A stretch of 64,000 nucleotides of DNA, taken from Chiloscyllium plagiosum. Its lineage: Eukaryota. Positions 50,460 through 63,461 of this stretch are shown piece after piece; positions within the stretch are counted from its first letter, which is position 1; each line of letters opens with the position of its first letter. The stretch covers positions 79,596,503 to 79,660,502 of the forward strand of contig NC_057719.1 in NCBI RefSeq assembly GCF_004010195.1, written 5' to 3'. The notes beneath the pieces were generated by a model. It made no database searches. It was not told the origin of the DNA and was given only the letters and a program-made list of their open reading frames with translations. The position numbers and the translations under genes were made by a program.

Positions 50460-50514
50460 CAGGTCAAAGGGCAGCACGGAATTCATGTTGCACTTGAGTA
50501 TGAGGGCCAATGCC

Positions 50515-50810
50515 AGGCAGTCTGGTACTGAGGGAGAACCGCATTGTCGGAGGTGATACTAAACTGAGGCACCATCTGCTCTCTGAGGTGGATTTAAAAG
50601 ATGCCAAAGAGCACAGGAATGGTGATCCAGCCAATATCTATCTCTCAGTTAGTATCACCTAAACAGATTATTAGGCAATTCCTATCACCTCCTGCGCACT
50701 GAGATCAGCATTTTCCACATTAAAACAGTAGCAATTAAATATTCCTTCAGATATCAAGCATTGTGGGACATCCCCAAGGATGTGAACGGCACTATATAAA
50801 TGCAGGTTCT
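50515..50810 (+). mobile_element. Deu-domain SINE remnant
   Basis: gtactgagggag..gcattgtcggaggtg..ggtggatttaaaagat..ggcactatataaatgcag. Confidence 0.7.
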
Positions 50811-52169
50811 TCAGCTCAAGCTTTTTCTCCATGACGCTTGAATGGCCTCAGCACAAAAGGAACCAACCCATTCCACAGAGAATACAAATATTATGTGGCA
50901 CATACCATTGCCAGTTAAATGGTCCTTGTATTACGAAAAACAGATGTGATATCTGCTGCTTTAAAATGAAAATTTAGGTGGTCTTACCCATTTTAATGCA
51001 GTTTCAATCATTGTCAGCAATGTATCTTTTTTTTTCTGAAGAACCACATTCTGTTGAAAGGACCAGATGCGGCCACAGAGTTTTTTAGAAAGACTCAAAT
51101 TGTAAAAATATAGCAAAGCGTGAAAAACTGGTCAATCAAAAACAATGTTTATGTTCATTTGGGATTAATCCATGTATGGCCTGTATTAAAATGTTTTTTT
51201 ATCCTGTTGATGTTTATTCAGGAAAGTAACTCAATTCTCCCGAGGGATAGAAGTAGCTGGAATTGAAACAAAATAGAGAACGAGTTCTAAGACACTATTG
51301 CTACTGATTCTGAAGGGGTTAATGCTGGAGACTGCATTAAGGTCCACCCGTCCTGAGGCTGTCATACAGGCCTGGGTGGGGATAAGGCAGAACATGTAGG
51401 CCTATAGCCACAAGTCCCCTCATAGTTTTTGCACTAATGTCAATTGTACCTGAGAAAAATGCAAAACCAAAAGCCAGTCTGGGCCTATGGTAATTTTATT
51501 GGTAAAAGCTGGATAATTCAGGTCAAATTCACTGTGGATCGTTGGAAACATCAGCCACATATTGAGCTTCAAGTGAAAGCATTTATGATCAGTGCCAAAT
51601 GAAATGGAACTGTGGCATTTTCCAACACGGGTGAATGGAAAAAGTGAAGGGCAAGCAATTATAAGCCCCTCAGGACGCTCATGTGAAGCAGCAATAGAGA
51701 GGAGTCTTTGGAAGAGGCCTCAGCACAAGCCATGTGCCTGATCACGTTGGGGATAAATGTGTTGAGAGTTCATTTTCAACAAATGTGGCGCTGTGTTTTA
51801 ATAGCTGCTATTAAATTGTGACCTTTCCCAACATATTATGTGAGAATTTAACAAAACCAAAGTTGTAAATAAACATCTCGTTCCAATTCTTGCTTCAGAA
51901 CCCATTCTTGGCTCGGCTCCCAAACATTTCCTTGGTGTGCAGCTTACATTTCCCTGAACTATCACTTGTTAACCATTGATGCCTAGTGCAAGGGGCTCTT
52001 TGCTTTTCTTTTCGAAGACCAAAGACGGATTGAGTGATCACTTGTCCAATTGCACCAATTCTGTGAACTGCCTGGAAGTCACCACTTTAACATTCCCACT
52101 TGTTACAAGCCCCATGGGGGAAACCATAAATCAAAATAAATGCGTTTACTGCATGAATCCCGAATCAAG

Positions 52170-52335
52170 AAGTTACCAAAGAAGCTGAGAAAAACTCAGC
52201 AGGTCTGACAGCATCGGAACCATTTCTGATGAAAGGTCATCGATCTGAGATGTGAAATGTGTTTTTCAAACTCCACAAATGCTCTCTGACTTTATTTCAG
52301 ATTTTTGGCATATTTGCAGTACTCTGCTTTTGTGA
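52170..52335. mobile_element. Old PLE/HHR-derived remnant (family D-like)
   Basis: aaactcagcaggtctgacagcatc followed by ttCTGATGAaaggtcatcgatct. Confidence 0.5.
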
Positions 52336-53921
52336 ATAAATTATCAACAAGATTCCACAGATCCTTTAAAGAAATTACAACTCTTCTTTACTGCTTCTTG
52401 GTCAATGGTTTTCACATTGCCTCATCTTTGGGAAAATGAAAGCTTTACTCATCACAATGTTTTCTTTGCAACACATTTGAAATATATCAAGTTCTTAACA
52501 TAATAAATACTTTAACACCTGTACATGGGTAACAACAATGATATGATGTGTTTACAAAACAGATTTCATTCCAAAGTGTTATTTTAAAATGTTGTAAAAT
52601 CCAACACATTCACCTGGCTTTAAGACATCAGTGTTGTCCTGGTTCCTTAAACTCTCAACATGACGTCAGTAACCACCAAGTTCCAGTCTGCATCAGGCAC
52701 AATTTTAATGTAAACAGCTACGACATCAAACTCCACTTTGGTCCTTAGTTTTGTACTTTTCCAGGAATACTAGTAAGCTGTGGTCTGTGATGTTTTTTTT
52801 TAACATTTAGATTGAACTTTAGACAGACTGGACCTTGGGAGGGGTCCAAATATTTGCTTATTGCTGGTAAATCATCTGGCTTCTAGATATTGGCAACAAT
52901 GTATCGGACTGCAGGGAGTAAACTCCTATCTTACTCCCATATTTATCCCCTCTCACCTTCTTTCCCCCTGGATTCAGTAATTTCCTCACTTAGATGAAGG
53001 ACCAGATTGTCACCAGCATTTTCACATTTTCCACATTCACCTCACTGGTCTGCACAGCATCAGACAAAATGAGAGGGAGTGTTGACAGAGCGTGGCATGG
53101 TGACTTTGCTGTTATCATTTGCCTCAATCTGTCATTTATTTCCATACTTGTCCCATTTTTAACTCCATTAATTCAGTGCCACCATTTCATCTCGTCTTCC
53201 TTCCATCCTAACACACACCTCCACTTTTGTTCTTTCTTTTCTTACCCTCTTTCCCTACCTCTGCCCTTGCTTGAAAACCTTTCTCATCTCTCAGGGTTTC
53301 CACTTCAGATGGAAGTTGGACAACCTGAAGCATAAGCAGCATCTCATTCTCCGTCGATATTGTCAGATCTGCCACGTGGGTCCACTCCAGATTTCCAACA
53401 TTCATAATTTTTCCTTTTGTTTTACATCATTACCGGGAACCAGATGCTTCCATTGTCCCCTGTCAAGTACAGCTAACTACAGATGTAGCTTATCCAGCAC
53501 ACTAAACGGCTCGGCATAATGGTCTCAGTCTAATACTCTGCTGATTTGACACAGCCTCTTCGTTGATTGATGACCCACAGTAACATGGCTTGATACCTGG
53601 CTTGATAACTGCTGTGTTTGCTCTCACTCCCTCATAGGTTCGCCAACCATTCTTGTTTAGTTCGGAGTGTCAAGGAATTCAAGATTAATCTCTAGCACAC
53701 AGCTGAGAAACATCATCGAGGAGATTTCAAATAAAACTCTTGTGTTTTCCATTTACTTTGAGAAATTCCATTTATCTGTTGTTAAACAGCTTTATGTTTG
53801 GAAGAGAGCTTTGACTGACTGCCTGAATGACAGAGGGTCTGTTCACCCTGGACTGTTAGGGTGATGCATTACAAGGATAGATATCTTGGCAGTGGGGCAC
53901 TCCGATACTGGAGATCATGTG

Positions 53922-54428
53922 ATAGAACATAGAACATAGAAGAATACAGCGCAGTACAGGCCCTTCGGCCCTTGATGTTGCACCGATCCAAGCCCACCTA
54001 ACCTACACTAGCCCACTATCCTCCATATGCCTATCCAATGCCCGCTTAAATGCCCATAATGAGGGAGAGTCCACCACTGCTACTGGCAGGGCATTCCATG
54101 AACTCATGACTCGCTGAGTAAAGAACCTACCCCTAACATCTGTCCTATACCTACCCTCCCTTAATTTAAAGCTATGCCCCCTTGTAATAGCTGTCTCCAT
54201 ACGTGGAAAAAGATTCTCACTGTCGACCCTATCTAAACCCCTAATCATCTTGTACACCTCTATCAGGTCACCCCGGAACCTTCTTTTCTCCAATGAAAAC
54301 AACCCCAAGTGCCTCAGCCTTTCCTCATACGATCTTCCTACCATACCAGGCAACATCCTGGTAGACCTCCTCTGCACCCGTTCCAGTGCCTCCACATCCT
54401 TCCTATAGTATGGCGACCAAAACTGCAC
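53922..54428 (-). mobile_element. Young 5'-truncated CR1 LINE
   Basis: Uninterrupted ORF2 C-terminus CVQFWSPYYRKDVEALERVQRR..TRGHSFKL..FKRALDRHM; (ttctatg)n tail. Confidence 0.95.
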
Positions 54429-54566
54429 ACAATGATGAAAGGGGTACATCCAACTGGACTTGTCAATCCTGGGTCTCTTTCTGTCTGTTCCCAAGGCATC
54501 GCCATTCAATACATTCTGTCAATCCTTGACTCAAAATTTGCTTTTATCTGACCCAGGTATTCGTGG

Positions 54567-54875
54567 AAATCATAGAGTAGAAACAGGCCATTTGGCCCAA
54601 CAAGTCCACACCGACCCTCCAAAGAGTAACCCACCCAGACCCATTCCCCTATCCTGTCACTCTACATTTCCCCTGACTAATGCACTGAGCCTACACCTCC
54701 CTGAACACTATGGGCAATTCACCTGACCTGCACACCTATGGACTGTGGGAGGAAACCCACGCAGACACGGGGAGAATGTGCAAACTCCACACAGACAATC
54801 GCCTGAGGCTGGAATCGAACCCAGATGCCTGGTGCTGTGAGGCAGCAGTGCTAACCACTGAGCCACCGTGCCGCC
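54567..54875 (-). mobile_element. HE1-type SINE
   Basis: Reverse complement of HE1. Confidence 0.9.
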
Positions 54876-55542
54876 AAATGATTATTGATTATCATTTGGA
54901 AATGTTTGCCCTGCCCTTGTGTTGCAGTTGAACTCCTCTTTTCCATACTCGCTGACCCGCATGTATCTTAATGCAATTCGGTAGTAGGAAAGAGAGAAAG
55001 CTATAAGTCCACCTTAAATTGGCATGCTTTAAAGAGAGAGGAAATCCATTATCCTATTGAAGGGCTTGGGTGATTAAGCTTGGACTTGGGATATCTGTTT
55101 CCAAGACTGGGATGGATTCCAGCTCCTGGAGTGCTCGGTGCATGTGTTTTAGAATTCCTGGTGCAATTGGTGAGGATAAGAAGTTGACATTTCATGCCTA
55201 TTATGGATAAAACTGCCTTCCAAATGAGGACAGTGATCCAGTAAAGGTCACTGAAGCCATCATTAAATAAACAAAGAGCTCCTGATTTCCTACAAGTCAA
55301 ATATGTGTTGTTATCATTCAGTGTTCAGCAAAAAGGATTACAAGCCTTCATTCTAGGTCCCTGATCCATGGTCACTCAGATACTTTGCATATGATTGCAG
55401 CTGGCCTTCAAACTTCACAGTACGTCCACTGCAGACATATCTCACAGCAGCTACCAGTGACACAACGCGAAAGTGACTAACTGAATGAAGATGGAACATA
55501 ACATTCAGCATAAATAGCACCTCTTTGCTCACTGCCAATTGT

Positions 55543-55665
55543 ACTGATGAAGAGTCACCGGAATCAGATCGTCATCTCTGCTTTCTTACCACAGATGCTG
55601 CTGGACACACTGAGTTTCTCCAGCAACTTCTGTTTTTGTTTTGGATCTTCAGCGTCAGCAGTTAT
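55543..55665 (+). mobile_element. Old PLE/HHR-derived remnant (family D-like)
   Basis: CTGATGAagagtcaccggaatc..cacagatgctgc..gagtttctccagca. Confidence 0.55.
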
Positions 55666-56124
55666 TTATTGTAAGAAATTGGAACGTAACAAGCTGTAAG
55701 TCCAATGCATAAACCAACTCAATATCTCATCCACAAAATGAAGAAACTTTAATGGCTGTTATAAACTTTAAGCCCTATTAAAACAATGACCCTAACCTAC
55801 TGATCAGTCCTTAATCAGTCCTTTCTATCTCTTTTTGTATTTCTGTATTCTTGTTGGGATGATTGATTGTAAAACCAATGTCAGGGTGGCTGCAAAAGAA
55901 GTTGGTCTTAAATAAATAGACTAGCAGTGCCATTCAAGAGTTGATGATAGTTGGCTCTCTACCGTTTCTTTTCCTAAACATAAGATTTCAATGAATGAAA
56001 TGAAAATTTACTTCTTTATATTGCCATTCATCTCAAACTATCCCAATGTGCTTTACAACTAATGATGTGCTGAGCTTTACTGAGCTTACAAGACCCAGAC
56101 TGAAACCACATATATAACACAAAC

Positions 56125-56600
56125 ATTTGAATTGAATTGAATTAGCTTTATTATCACATGTATTGGAACGAGTATAGTGAAGAGTTTGCAAGTTGCCACT
56201 AACGGTGCCATCTTAGGTACAAGGTACCTAGGTACAGAATCTTAGGTACAAATTCGTAGGGAAAACAAAATTAGAAAAATAAAGAAATAAAAAGACCAGC
56301 ATTACAGATCATAGGGAAAAATTTGAAAGTAGGGGAATAAAAAGTTCACAACAACTGTCCTTCCTACCAGGTCCATGCTGACACCTAGTCTCCAGTCCTC
56401 ACTGAGACTTAACTCCAGACCACACTGGGCTTCACCTCAAGGCTCTCAAGGCCAGGAAACTGCTCTGAAATCATCTCGAGGCCAAAGGCTCAAGCTGAGA
56501 CCAAGCTGGACTGAAAGACCGATATGGGCGACCAAAAGATCATCCCTGTGGGCCAAGAGACTGCCACGTGCCACCTTAACTGTTCTTGGAGCTATAACGC
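56125..56600 (-). mobile_element. Non-coding repeat with Rex1/Babar-like tail
   Basis: Minus strand ends tacatgtgataataaagctaattcaattcaattc. Confidence 0.45.
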
Positions 56601-58204
56601 CAGGGATGGAGTAGTATTAACAATAAGCATTACAGGACAACCCAGAGTTGTGAAAAAGTTCCATTTTTTACTTCATTTACAAGTCGCTTTGTGCACATGT
56701 TGGATCACAATGCAAGACACTGGAAAATAGTTGTTTGTAAATGTGAGGAAACGTTCATATGTCAGTGGAATCTTTCAAATTACACCCCTATAAGGGACAG
56801 CACTCATAAGTGCGAATGATCATAGGTTGGACATTTGTAAATCAGGCACCCTATAACTTGAGGAAATGGAAGTGTGCGTCAATTAGCAATAGTCAGAACT
56901 AGGACCATATCGAATACCAGAACAATGCGCACCTACTTAGCTTGTTTTCGAGGGTAAAATATTCAAAGATGCTGCATGTTCTGGAACCAACCAGAAAACA
57001 GGTTATACGAGACTTTCTATTGTTTAACGTGACAGGACTAATTAATGACCTCAGAGCTGAGGCATCCCAAGATAACAATGACCACAACATGATTGAATTT
57101 TGCATCCAATTTGAAAGGGAGAAGAGTGGGTCTAAGACTAGTATTTCAAACCTAAATAAGGGCAACTATGTGGGCACAAAGGCTGAGCCAGCTGAAGTGA
57201 ACTGGCATCCTGGGCGAGGGAATAGACCAATAGACACCGTGGCAGATATATAATGGGCTATTTCAGAATTCTTAACATAAATAAATTCCTATAATAAAGA
57301 AAACTTCTCAAAGGAGGACCACTATCTGTTGTTGACTAATGAAGTTAAGGAAAACATCAAGTAAACAAAATAACTGCAGAAAGATGATTGACAGATGAGG
57401 TGATTGGTCAGAATGTAAGAAACAGCAGAGAGTGACGAAAGGGCTAATCAGGAGGAAGAGATTGAGCATGAGAGGAAGCTGGTTAGAATGTCAAAAAGAA
57501 TGGATAGCTGGATTTTCTACAGTGTTTACAAAGTCAGAGTGAGTAAAGTGAGTGTTGGTCCTCCAGAGAGTGAGAATGGGGAGTCAATATTGATAATGTA
57601 CAAGCAATGGTTGAAATGAACAAATTTTTTCATCCATCTTCACTATAGAGGATACTGGAAACATTATAGTAATAGAGTCATAGAATCATAAATAGCTACA
57701 AATCAGGAAGTAAAAACAGAGAGGAACTTAGCAAAGTTAAAATCACAAGAGAAGTGGTACTAAACAAACAGCTGCCAAGTCTTTGGATCCAGATGGACTT
57801 CATCCTAGTGTCTTATAAGAGGTGGCCAATGAGGTAGTAGATGCATTGGTGTTTTTTTTCCAAAACTGCCTACATTCAGGCAAATTTCCGACAGATTGGC
57901 AAGCAGTAAGTATAACCCTCTATTCAAGAAAGGAGAGAGGCAGAAAACAGGAAACTACGAATCCATTAACTTGATGTCTGTCATGTAGAAGATGACAGAA
58001 TCAGTGGTTATAGTTGTGCACTTAGCAAAAAACACAAGGTAATCAGAAACAGTCAGCATGGTTAGTGGGCTCCAGATAACTCAGATGGTTTAAGTATGGC
58101 TATACTACTGCCAAGGTCAAGGGTTCAATCCCCCTTTTGGCATGTCTCCTTAATAGACAATAGACAGTAGACAATAGGTGCCAAGCAGGGTTCAGATTCT
58201 TGGC

Positions 58205-58795
58205 AAGTCAGGTCAGAGTTGTATAGAACTTTAGGTTAGGCCACATTTGGAATATTGCGTACAGTTCTGGTCACCACACTACAAGAAGGAGGTGGAGGCT
58301 TTTGAGATGGTACAGAAATGGCTTACCAGAACATTGCCTGGTTTGGACAGCATCAGATATGAGGAGGGATTGTTTTGGTTTCTTTTCACTTGAACGTTGA
58401 AGGATGAGAGACAAGCTGATAGAAGTTTCCAAAATTACGATAAGCATGGATAGAGTGTACAGGTTGAGTCCTTTTCCCAGGGTAAAAATGTCAATTACTA
58501 GAGGGCACAGGTTGAAGGTAAAGGGGGCTAAGTTCAAAGGAGATGTGAGAGGCACATTTTTTACACAGAGTGTAGTAAGGGCTTGGAATGCAGTGCCAAA
58601 GGAGGAAGTGGAGGTGGAAACAACAGCGGTATTTAAGAAACATATTGACATATATCTGAATAGGCACAGAATAGAGGAACACAGACCACGTGTAGGGCAA
58701 AAGGGCTTTAGTTTAGAAAGACATCATGTGTGGGTGCAGTCTTGGTGGGCTGAAGGGCCAGTTCCTGTGCTGTACTGTTCTTTCTTCTGTTCTTT
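58205..58795 (+). mobile_element. CR1 LINE 3' fragment nested in older CR1
   Basis: ORF 58404.. LIEVSKI..TRGHRLKVKG..FFTQSVVRAWNAVP. Confidence 0.88.
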
Positions 58796-59446
58796 GTTTC
58801 ATCAAAGGGAAAACCTGTTTAACCAGTTTATTATAATTATTTCAAGAAGTAAATATGTGATGTGGATAAAGGGAAGCCTATGGACGTGTTATACTTGGAT
58901 TTCCAGCAGGAATTTGATAAGGAACCACATTAAAGATTTTTGTGGAAAATAAAGGCTCATGGTGCAGTGACTTATGTATTGACATGGATAGAAAACAGGT
59001 TGGTTTGGCAGTAAACAGAGAGTGTACATAACTGGGTCTTTGTCTGGTTGACAGGATGTAACAAGTAGAGTGCTGCAGGGGCCTCAGTTTATTACAATTG
59101 ACATCAATGACTTGGATGAGGAGAGTGAAGGCTTCATAGCTGAATTCACAGATGACACCAAGATAAGTAGAAAAGTCTGTTGTGAAAATACATACCGTAA
59201 GGATAGTCTGAGTGAGTATGGAGTATGAAGTTGTTCACTTTAACAGGAAGTATTAAATGAAGACTGTAGAGGACTTGAAGGTGCAGAGAGATTTAGGTAA
59301 TCTGGTGTCTTTCTAACAAAATGTTAGTGTGCAGGTTAGTATCTAATCAAGAAGGCTAATGGGTTGCCATCTTTTATTACCAGAGGAATTGAACATGCAA
59401 TTAAGAATGGTATGCTTCAGTTATACAGGACATTGAATGCTGAGTA

Positions 59447-60925
59447 TGTTGCACTATCATTAGCCACGGGAGAGGTCCTGGAAGACAGGAGGGTAGCGAA
59501 TGTTGTGTCCTTATTCCAGAAGAGTTGCAAAGAAAAACCTGGAAACTATAAAAGGTAAGCTTAATATCTGTGGTAGGCAAGTTACTTGAGAAGATTCTCA
59601 GGGATAAGATACACATGCATTTGGAAAGACAAGGTTTGATTAGGAGTAGTCAGTATGGATTTGTGTGTGGCAAATGATGCCTCACAAATTTGTTAGAGTT
59701 CTTTAATGAAGTGACCAAGAAGGTTGATGAGGGCAGGGTGGTAGACATAGTCTCTATGGATTTCAGTAAGGCCTTTAATAAGGTTCCACACGGCAGGCTG
59801 CTCTGGAAGGTTAGATTGCATGGAATCCAGGGGGAGCTGGCAAGTTGGATACACAATTGGCTTGGTGGTAGGAAGCAGAGGGTAATAGTGGAAGGATGCT
59901 TGTCAGACTGGAGGCCTGTGACTAGTGGAGTACCTCAAGGGCCCATGCTGGGCTCATTGCTGTTTGTTATCTATATCAAAGATTTTGATGAGAATGTACA
60001 AGGCATGACTAGTAAGTCTGCAGATGACACTAGAATAAGCGACATTGTGGACAGTGAGGAAGGTTATCAGAAATTGCAGCAGGACCTTGATCAGTTGGGG
60101 AAGTGAGCCAAGAAATGGCAAATGGAGTTTAAGATTGAAAAGTGTAAGGTCTTGCATTTCGCAAAGTCAAAGCAAGGTAGGAGTTTCATGGTGAATGTTA
60201 GGGCCTTAAGGAGGGTAGTGGAACAGAGGGACCTTAGAGTTCAGGTTCACAGTTCTCTGAAAGTGGAGTCACAGGTAGACAGGGCAGTGAAGAAGGGCTT
60301 TTGCTCACCGGCCTTAATCAGTCAGGGCATTGAGTATAGAAGTTGGGAAGTTATGTTGCAGTTGTACAGGACACTAATGAGGCCGTGCTCTAAATATTGT
60401 GTTCAGTTTTGGTCACCTTGCTTTAGGAAGGACATTATAAAACTGGAAAGAGCACGGAAGAAATTTACAAGGATATTGTCAGGACTCAATGGTCTGAGTT
60501 ATAAGGAGAGGTTGGACAAGATAGGACTATTTTCTTTAGAGCATAGGAGACTGAGGAGTGATCTTATCGAAGTGTATGAGATCATGAGAGGCATGGATAG
60601 GGTGAATGCACTCAGTCTTTTTCCCAGGGTTGGGGAATCAAGGACTTGAGGGCATGAGATTAAGGTTAGAGTGGAAAGAATAAAAGGGAATCTGAGGGGA
60701 AACCTTTTTACACAGAGGGTGGTACGTATGTGGAATGAGATGTGAGTGGAAGTGGTTGAGGCGGATACATTAACAACATTTAAAAGGCATTTGGACAAAT
60801 ACATGGATAGGAAATGTTTGGAAGGATATGGACTAAGTGCAGGGAAATGGGGTTAGCTTGGATGGATATTTTGATTGGCATGGATCTGTTTGGGCTGAAG
60901 GGCTGTAGGACTCTACAACTGTATG
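59447..60925 (+). mobile_element. CR1/HER1 LINE, 5'-truncated, RT domain
   Basis: MDFSKAFNKVPH, SGVPQGPMLG, SADDTR, YCVQFWSP; several stops. Confidence 0.95.
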
Positions 60926-61636
60926 AGTACAATTTTGGCCTCCTCATTTAATAAAACATGTAACTGTGATGGAGGTGGTTCAGATGAAGTTCATTAGATT
61001 GGTACCTGGGTGAAGTAAGTTTTCTTACAAGGATAGTTGGACAGACTGGGCTTGTTTCCTTAAAAGAGAGAAGGGTGACCTGATTGAAGTGTATGACATC
61101 CTGAAAGGTCTTGACAAGGTGGACATGAGAAGGATGGTTCCTCTTGTGGGGCCAGTCCAGAATTAGGGGACACTGTTTTAAGGTTAGGAGCTTCCTCCTT
61201 TAGGACACAGATGAGGAGAATTTTATCCTCTCAGAGGGTGGTGATCCTTTGGAGCTCTCTGCCTCGGTAAGTGATCGAGGTGATGCCATTGAATAGATTT
61301 TATGGCAGTGGTTTATGGATTCGTATTAGACAGGGGGATTGAGAGTTATCAGGAGATGGGGTGGGGAAGATGGGAATGTGGAATTCAAAACACAAACAGA
61401 TCAACAATTATCTTATTAAATGACAAACAGGCTGAAGTGGCCAAGTAGCTTCTATTTCTTATCAATAAAAAGGGGTTAAATCAACTCCATAAAATCTTAT
61501 GAACATTACTTTCTATTCCTCTCTCCCTCATATAGTTATCTCACTTCTCTTGAATAAGACACCGACATTAGTTACCTCAATTATTCCATGTCCCACAAGC
61601 TATCTATTGATTTCGGGAAAGTTCCTCCTGGATTTT

Positions 61637-61963
61637 ATAGAATCCCTACAGGGTGGAAACAGGCCCTTCATCCCAACAAGTCCACACTGACCCTCCAAAG
61701 AGTATCCCAACCTAACCCATTCCCCTACCCTGTTACTCTACATTTCCTCCTGACTAATGCTCCTAACCTACATAGTCCTGAACACCTTGGGCCATTTAGC
61801 ATGACCAATTAACTACACATCTGTGGGAGGAAACCGGAGGAAACCCACACAGACACGGGGAGAATGTGCAAACTCCACACAAACTGTCGCCCGAGACTAG
61901 AATCAAACCCGGGTTCCTGGTGCTGTACGGCAGCAGTGCTAACCACTGAGCCACCGTGCCACC
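61637..61963 (-). mobile_element. HE1-type SINE
   Basis: Reverse complement of HE1. Confidence 0.9.
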
Positions 61964-63322
61964 CCACTTATTCATGACCATCTTATTTTGAAGACTTCAA
62001 TTGTGCTACAGATGAAGCAGCTTCTCTGTGACTATCCCCTCCAACCCTATCATAACTTTAAAGATCTGTGCCTGGTCTGGTGGGTGGATAATACCCAAAA
62101 GCAGATGAAAACCCATTCCAGTAACCAATAACGATAGCAGAAGCCAGTCACTACTCGTGGACACCCACTTCAACTTAAGACAGGTTTGTAAGACGAACAG
62201 GAAGAAGTTGAATGGCTGAAGAGATATCCATGAGTAAGTTTGGCATTGGATCTCCTGGGAGAAGCTACTAAGCCTCATGGATATGGAGTTCAATAGTACC
62301 AGAAACTGAGCTGACCACTAAATATGAATATCATGAGTTATCATGTTACTGATGTTAATAATCAATGAAGGGAAGGATTTCCATTTATTTTGTGCCTTTC
62401 CTGACCTCAGGAAGTCTGAAAGCACTTTACAGCCAAGGAGGTATAGTCAAAGTGTCGTGACTGTTGTAATGTGGAAAAATGTCCAAGAGGCAACTTTCCC
62501 TCGCAGTCTTTTAACATTTAGGAAAGGATCCTGCTGTCAGAGCAAATGAGAGCCCTGATGCTACACTTTATCAGGAGAAGTCACACACACTGCCCAAATG
62601 TGGATGGCGAGAGGCCCCTCAAAGCTGGACAACTAATAAGAGGTCTTTCAGTGCAGAAGGAGCTGTGGCCTGGTTTCCAATCACTTCTGTCCTCGGACGC
62701 CCTCTCAAGCCCTTTTGAAACTCATGAAGCAAGAAAGCATGGGTGCCATTGGCAGGTCTCCCATGAGGAGGAGCATGGGGCATCCTAAAGCCTCAGCTAG
62801 GCAGGGCAGGAATGGGGACAGCTCAAAATCTTCCTTGATGACTGACCTCCTGGTCCACTGCTGGGAGGACACCTCCGGCAGATAGCCTTTCCCAACACCG
62901 AGGGAGCTTCCGATCAATGGCCGTTGATTGACTTGTGACTGTCCACAGGTGGGTGACTATTCTGCCCAAGACTCTGGCCTCCCAGACCAGGATAATAAGC
63001 ATCAATTCCCACCTTCATGTTGGATGAAAACCCTATCCTGGGCTGCTGTCGGTAGGAGGGACTGTAGCCAGAAGACACAGATCAAGGACAATTGCCAAAA
63101 TGAATCAGAGACATGAGAATTCTTTTCGCAGCAAGTCTGGATTACATGAACTGGAGGTGGAAGATGGTTCAATAGTCACATTGAAAATAGAGTAGAAACT
63201 ATACTTGAAAAGGAATAAACAAATCACAAGGGTTACTGGGGAAAGGCAGAGCAGGTGACAATTTGACTGCTGTTTCACTGACAATGCTGAGGCACAGTGG
63301 AAGGAATGGCCTTCTTTTGCCC

Positions 63323-63461
63323 TGAGGTGGAGGAGCCGGTGTTGGACTGGGCTGGACAAAGTGGTCCTGCTCCACAGCCACCTGATGAAGGAGGTCGCTC
63401 TGAAAGTTAGTGCTTCCAAATAAACCTGTTGGACTATAACCTGGTGTTGTGTGATTTTTAA
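63323..63461. mobile_element. PLE/HHR mini-element (family B) with inversion, 139 bp
   Basis: TSD cttcttttgccc (63311-63322) / cttcttctgccc (63462-63473); cac-CTGATGA(63382)..GAAA-GTTA-gtg. Confidence 0.85.

Larger units (their letters stand above)
56900..61460 (+). mobile_element. Old CR1 LINE ORF2 (APE to 3' end) with two younger CR1 inserts
   Basis: DHNMIEF (APE end), aagaaaggagagaggcagaaaacaggaaacta, ttcacagatgacaccaag (FTDDTK); interrupted at ~58064-58795 and ~59447-60925. Confidence 0.8.

Noticed and set aside
59447..60925. Active autonomous retrotransposon
   Set aside because: All LINE, PLE and Gypsy ORFs in the window are truncated or broken by stops and frameshifts.
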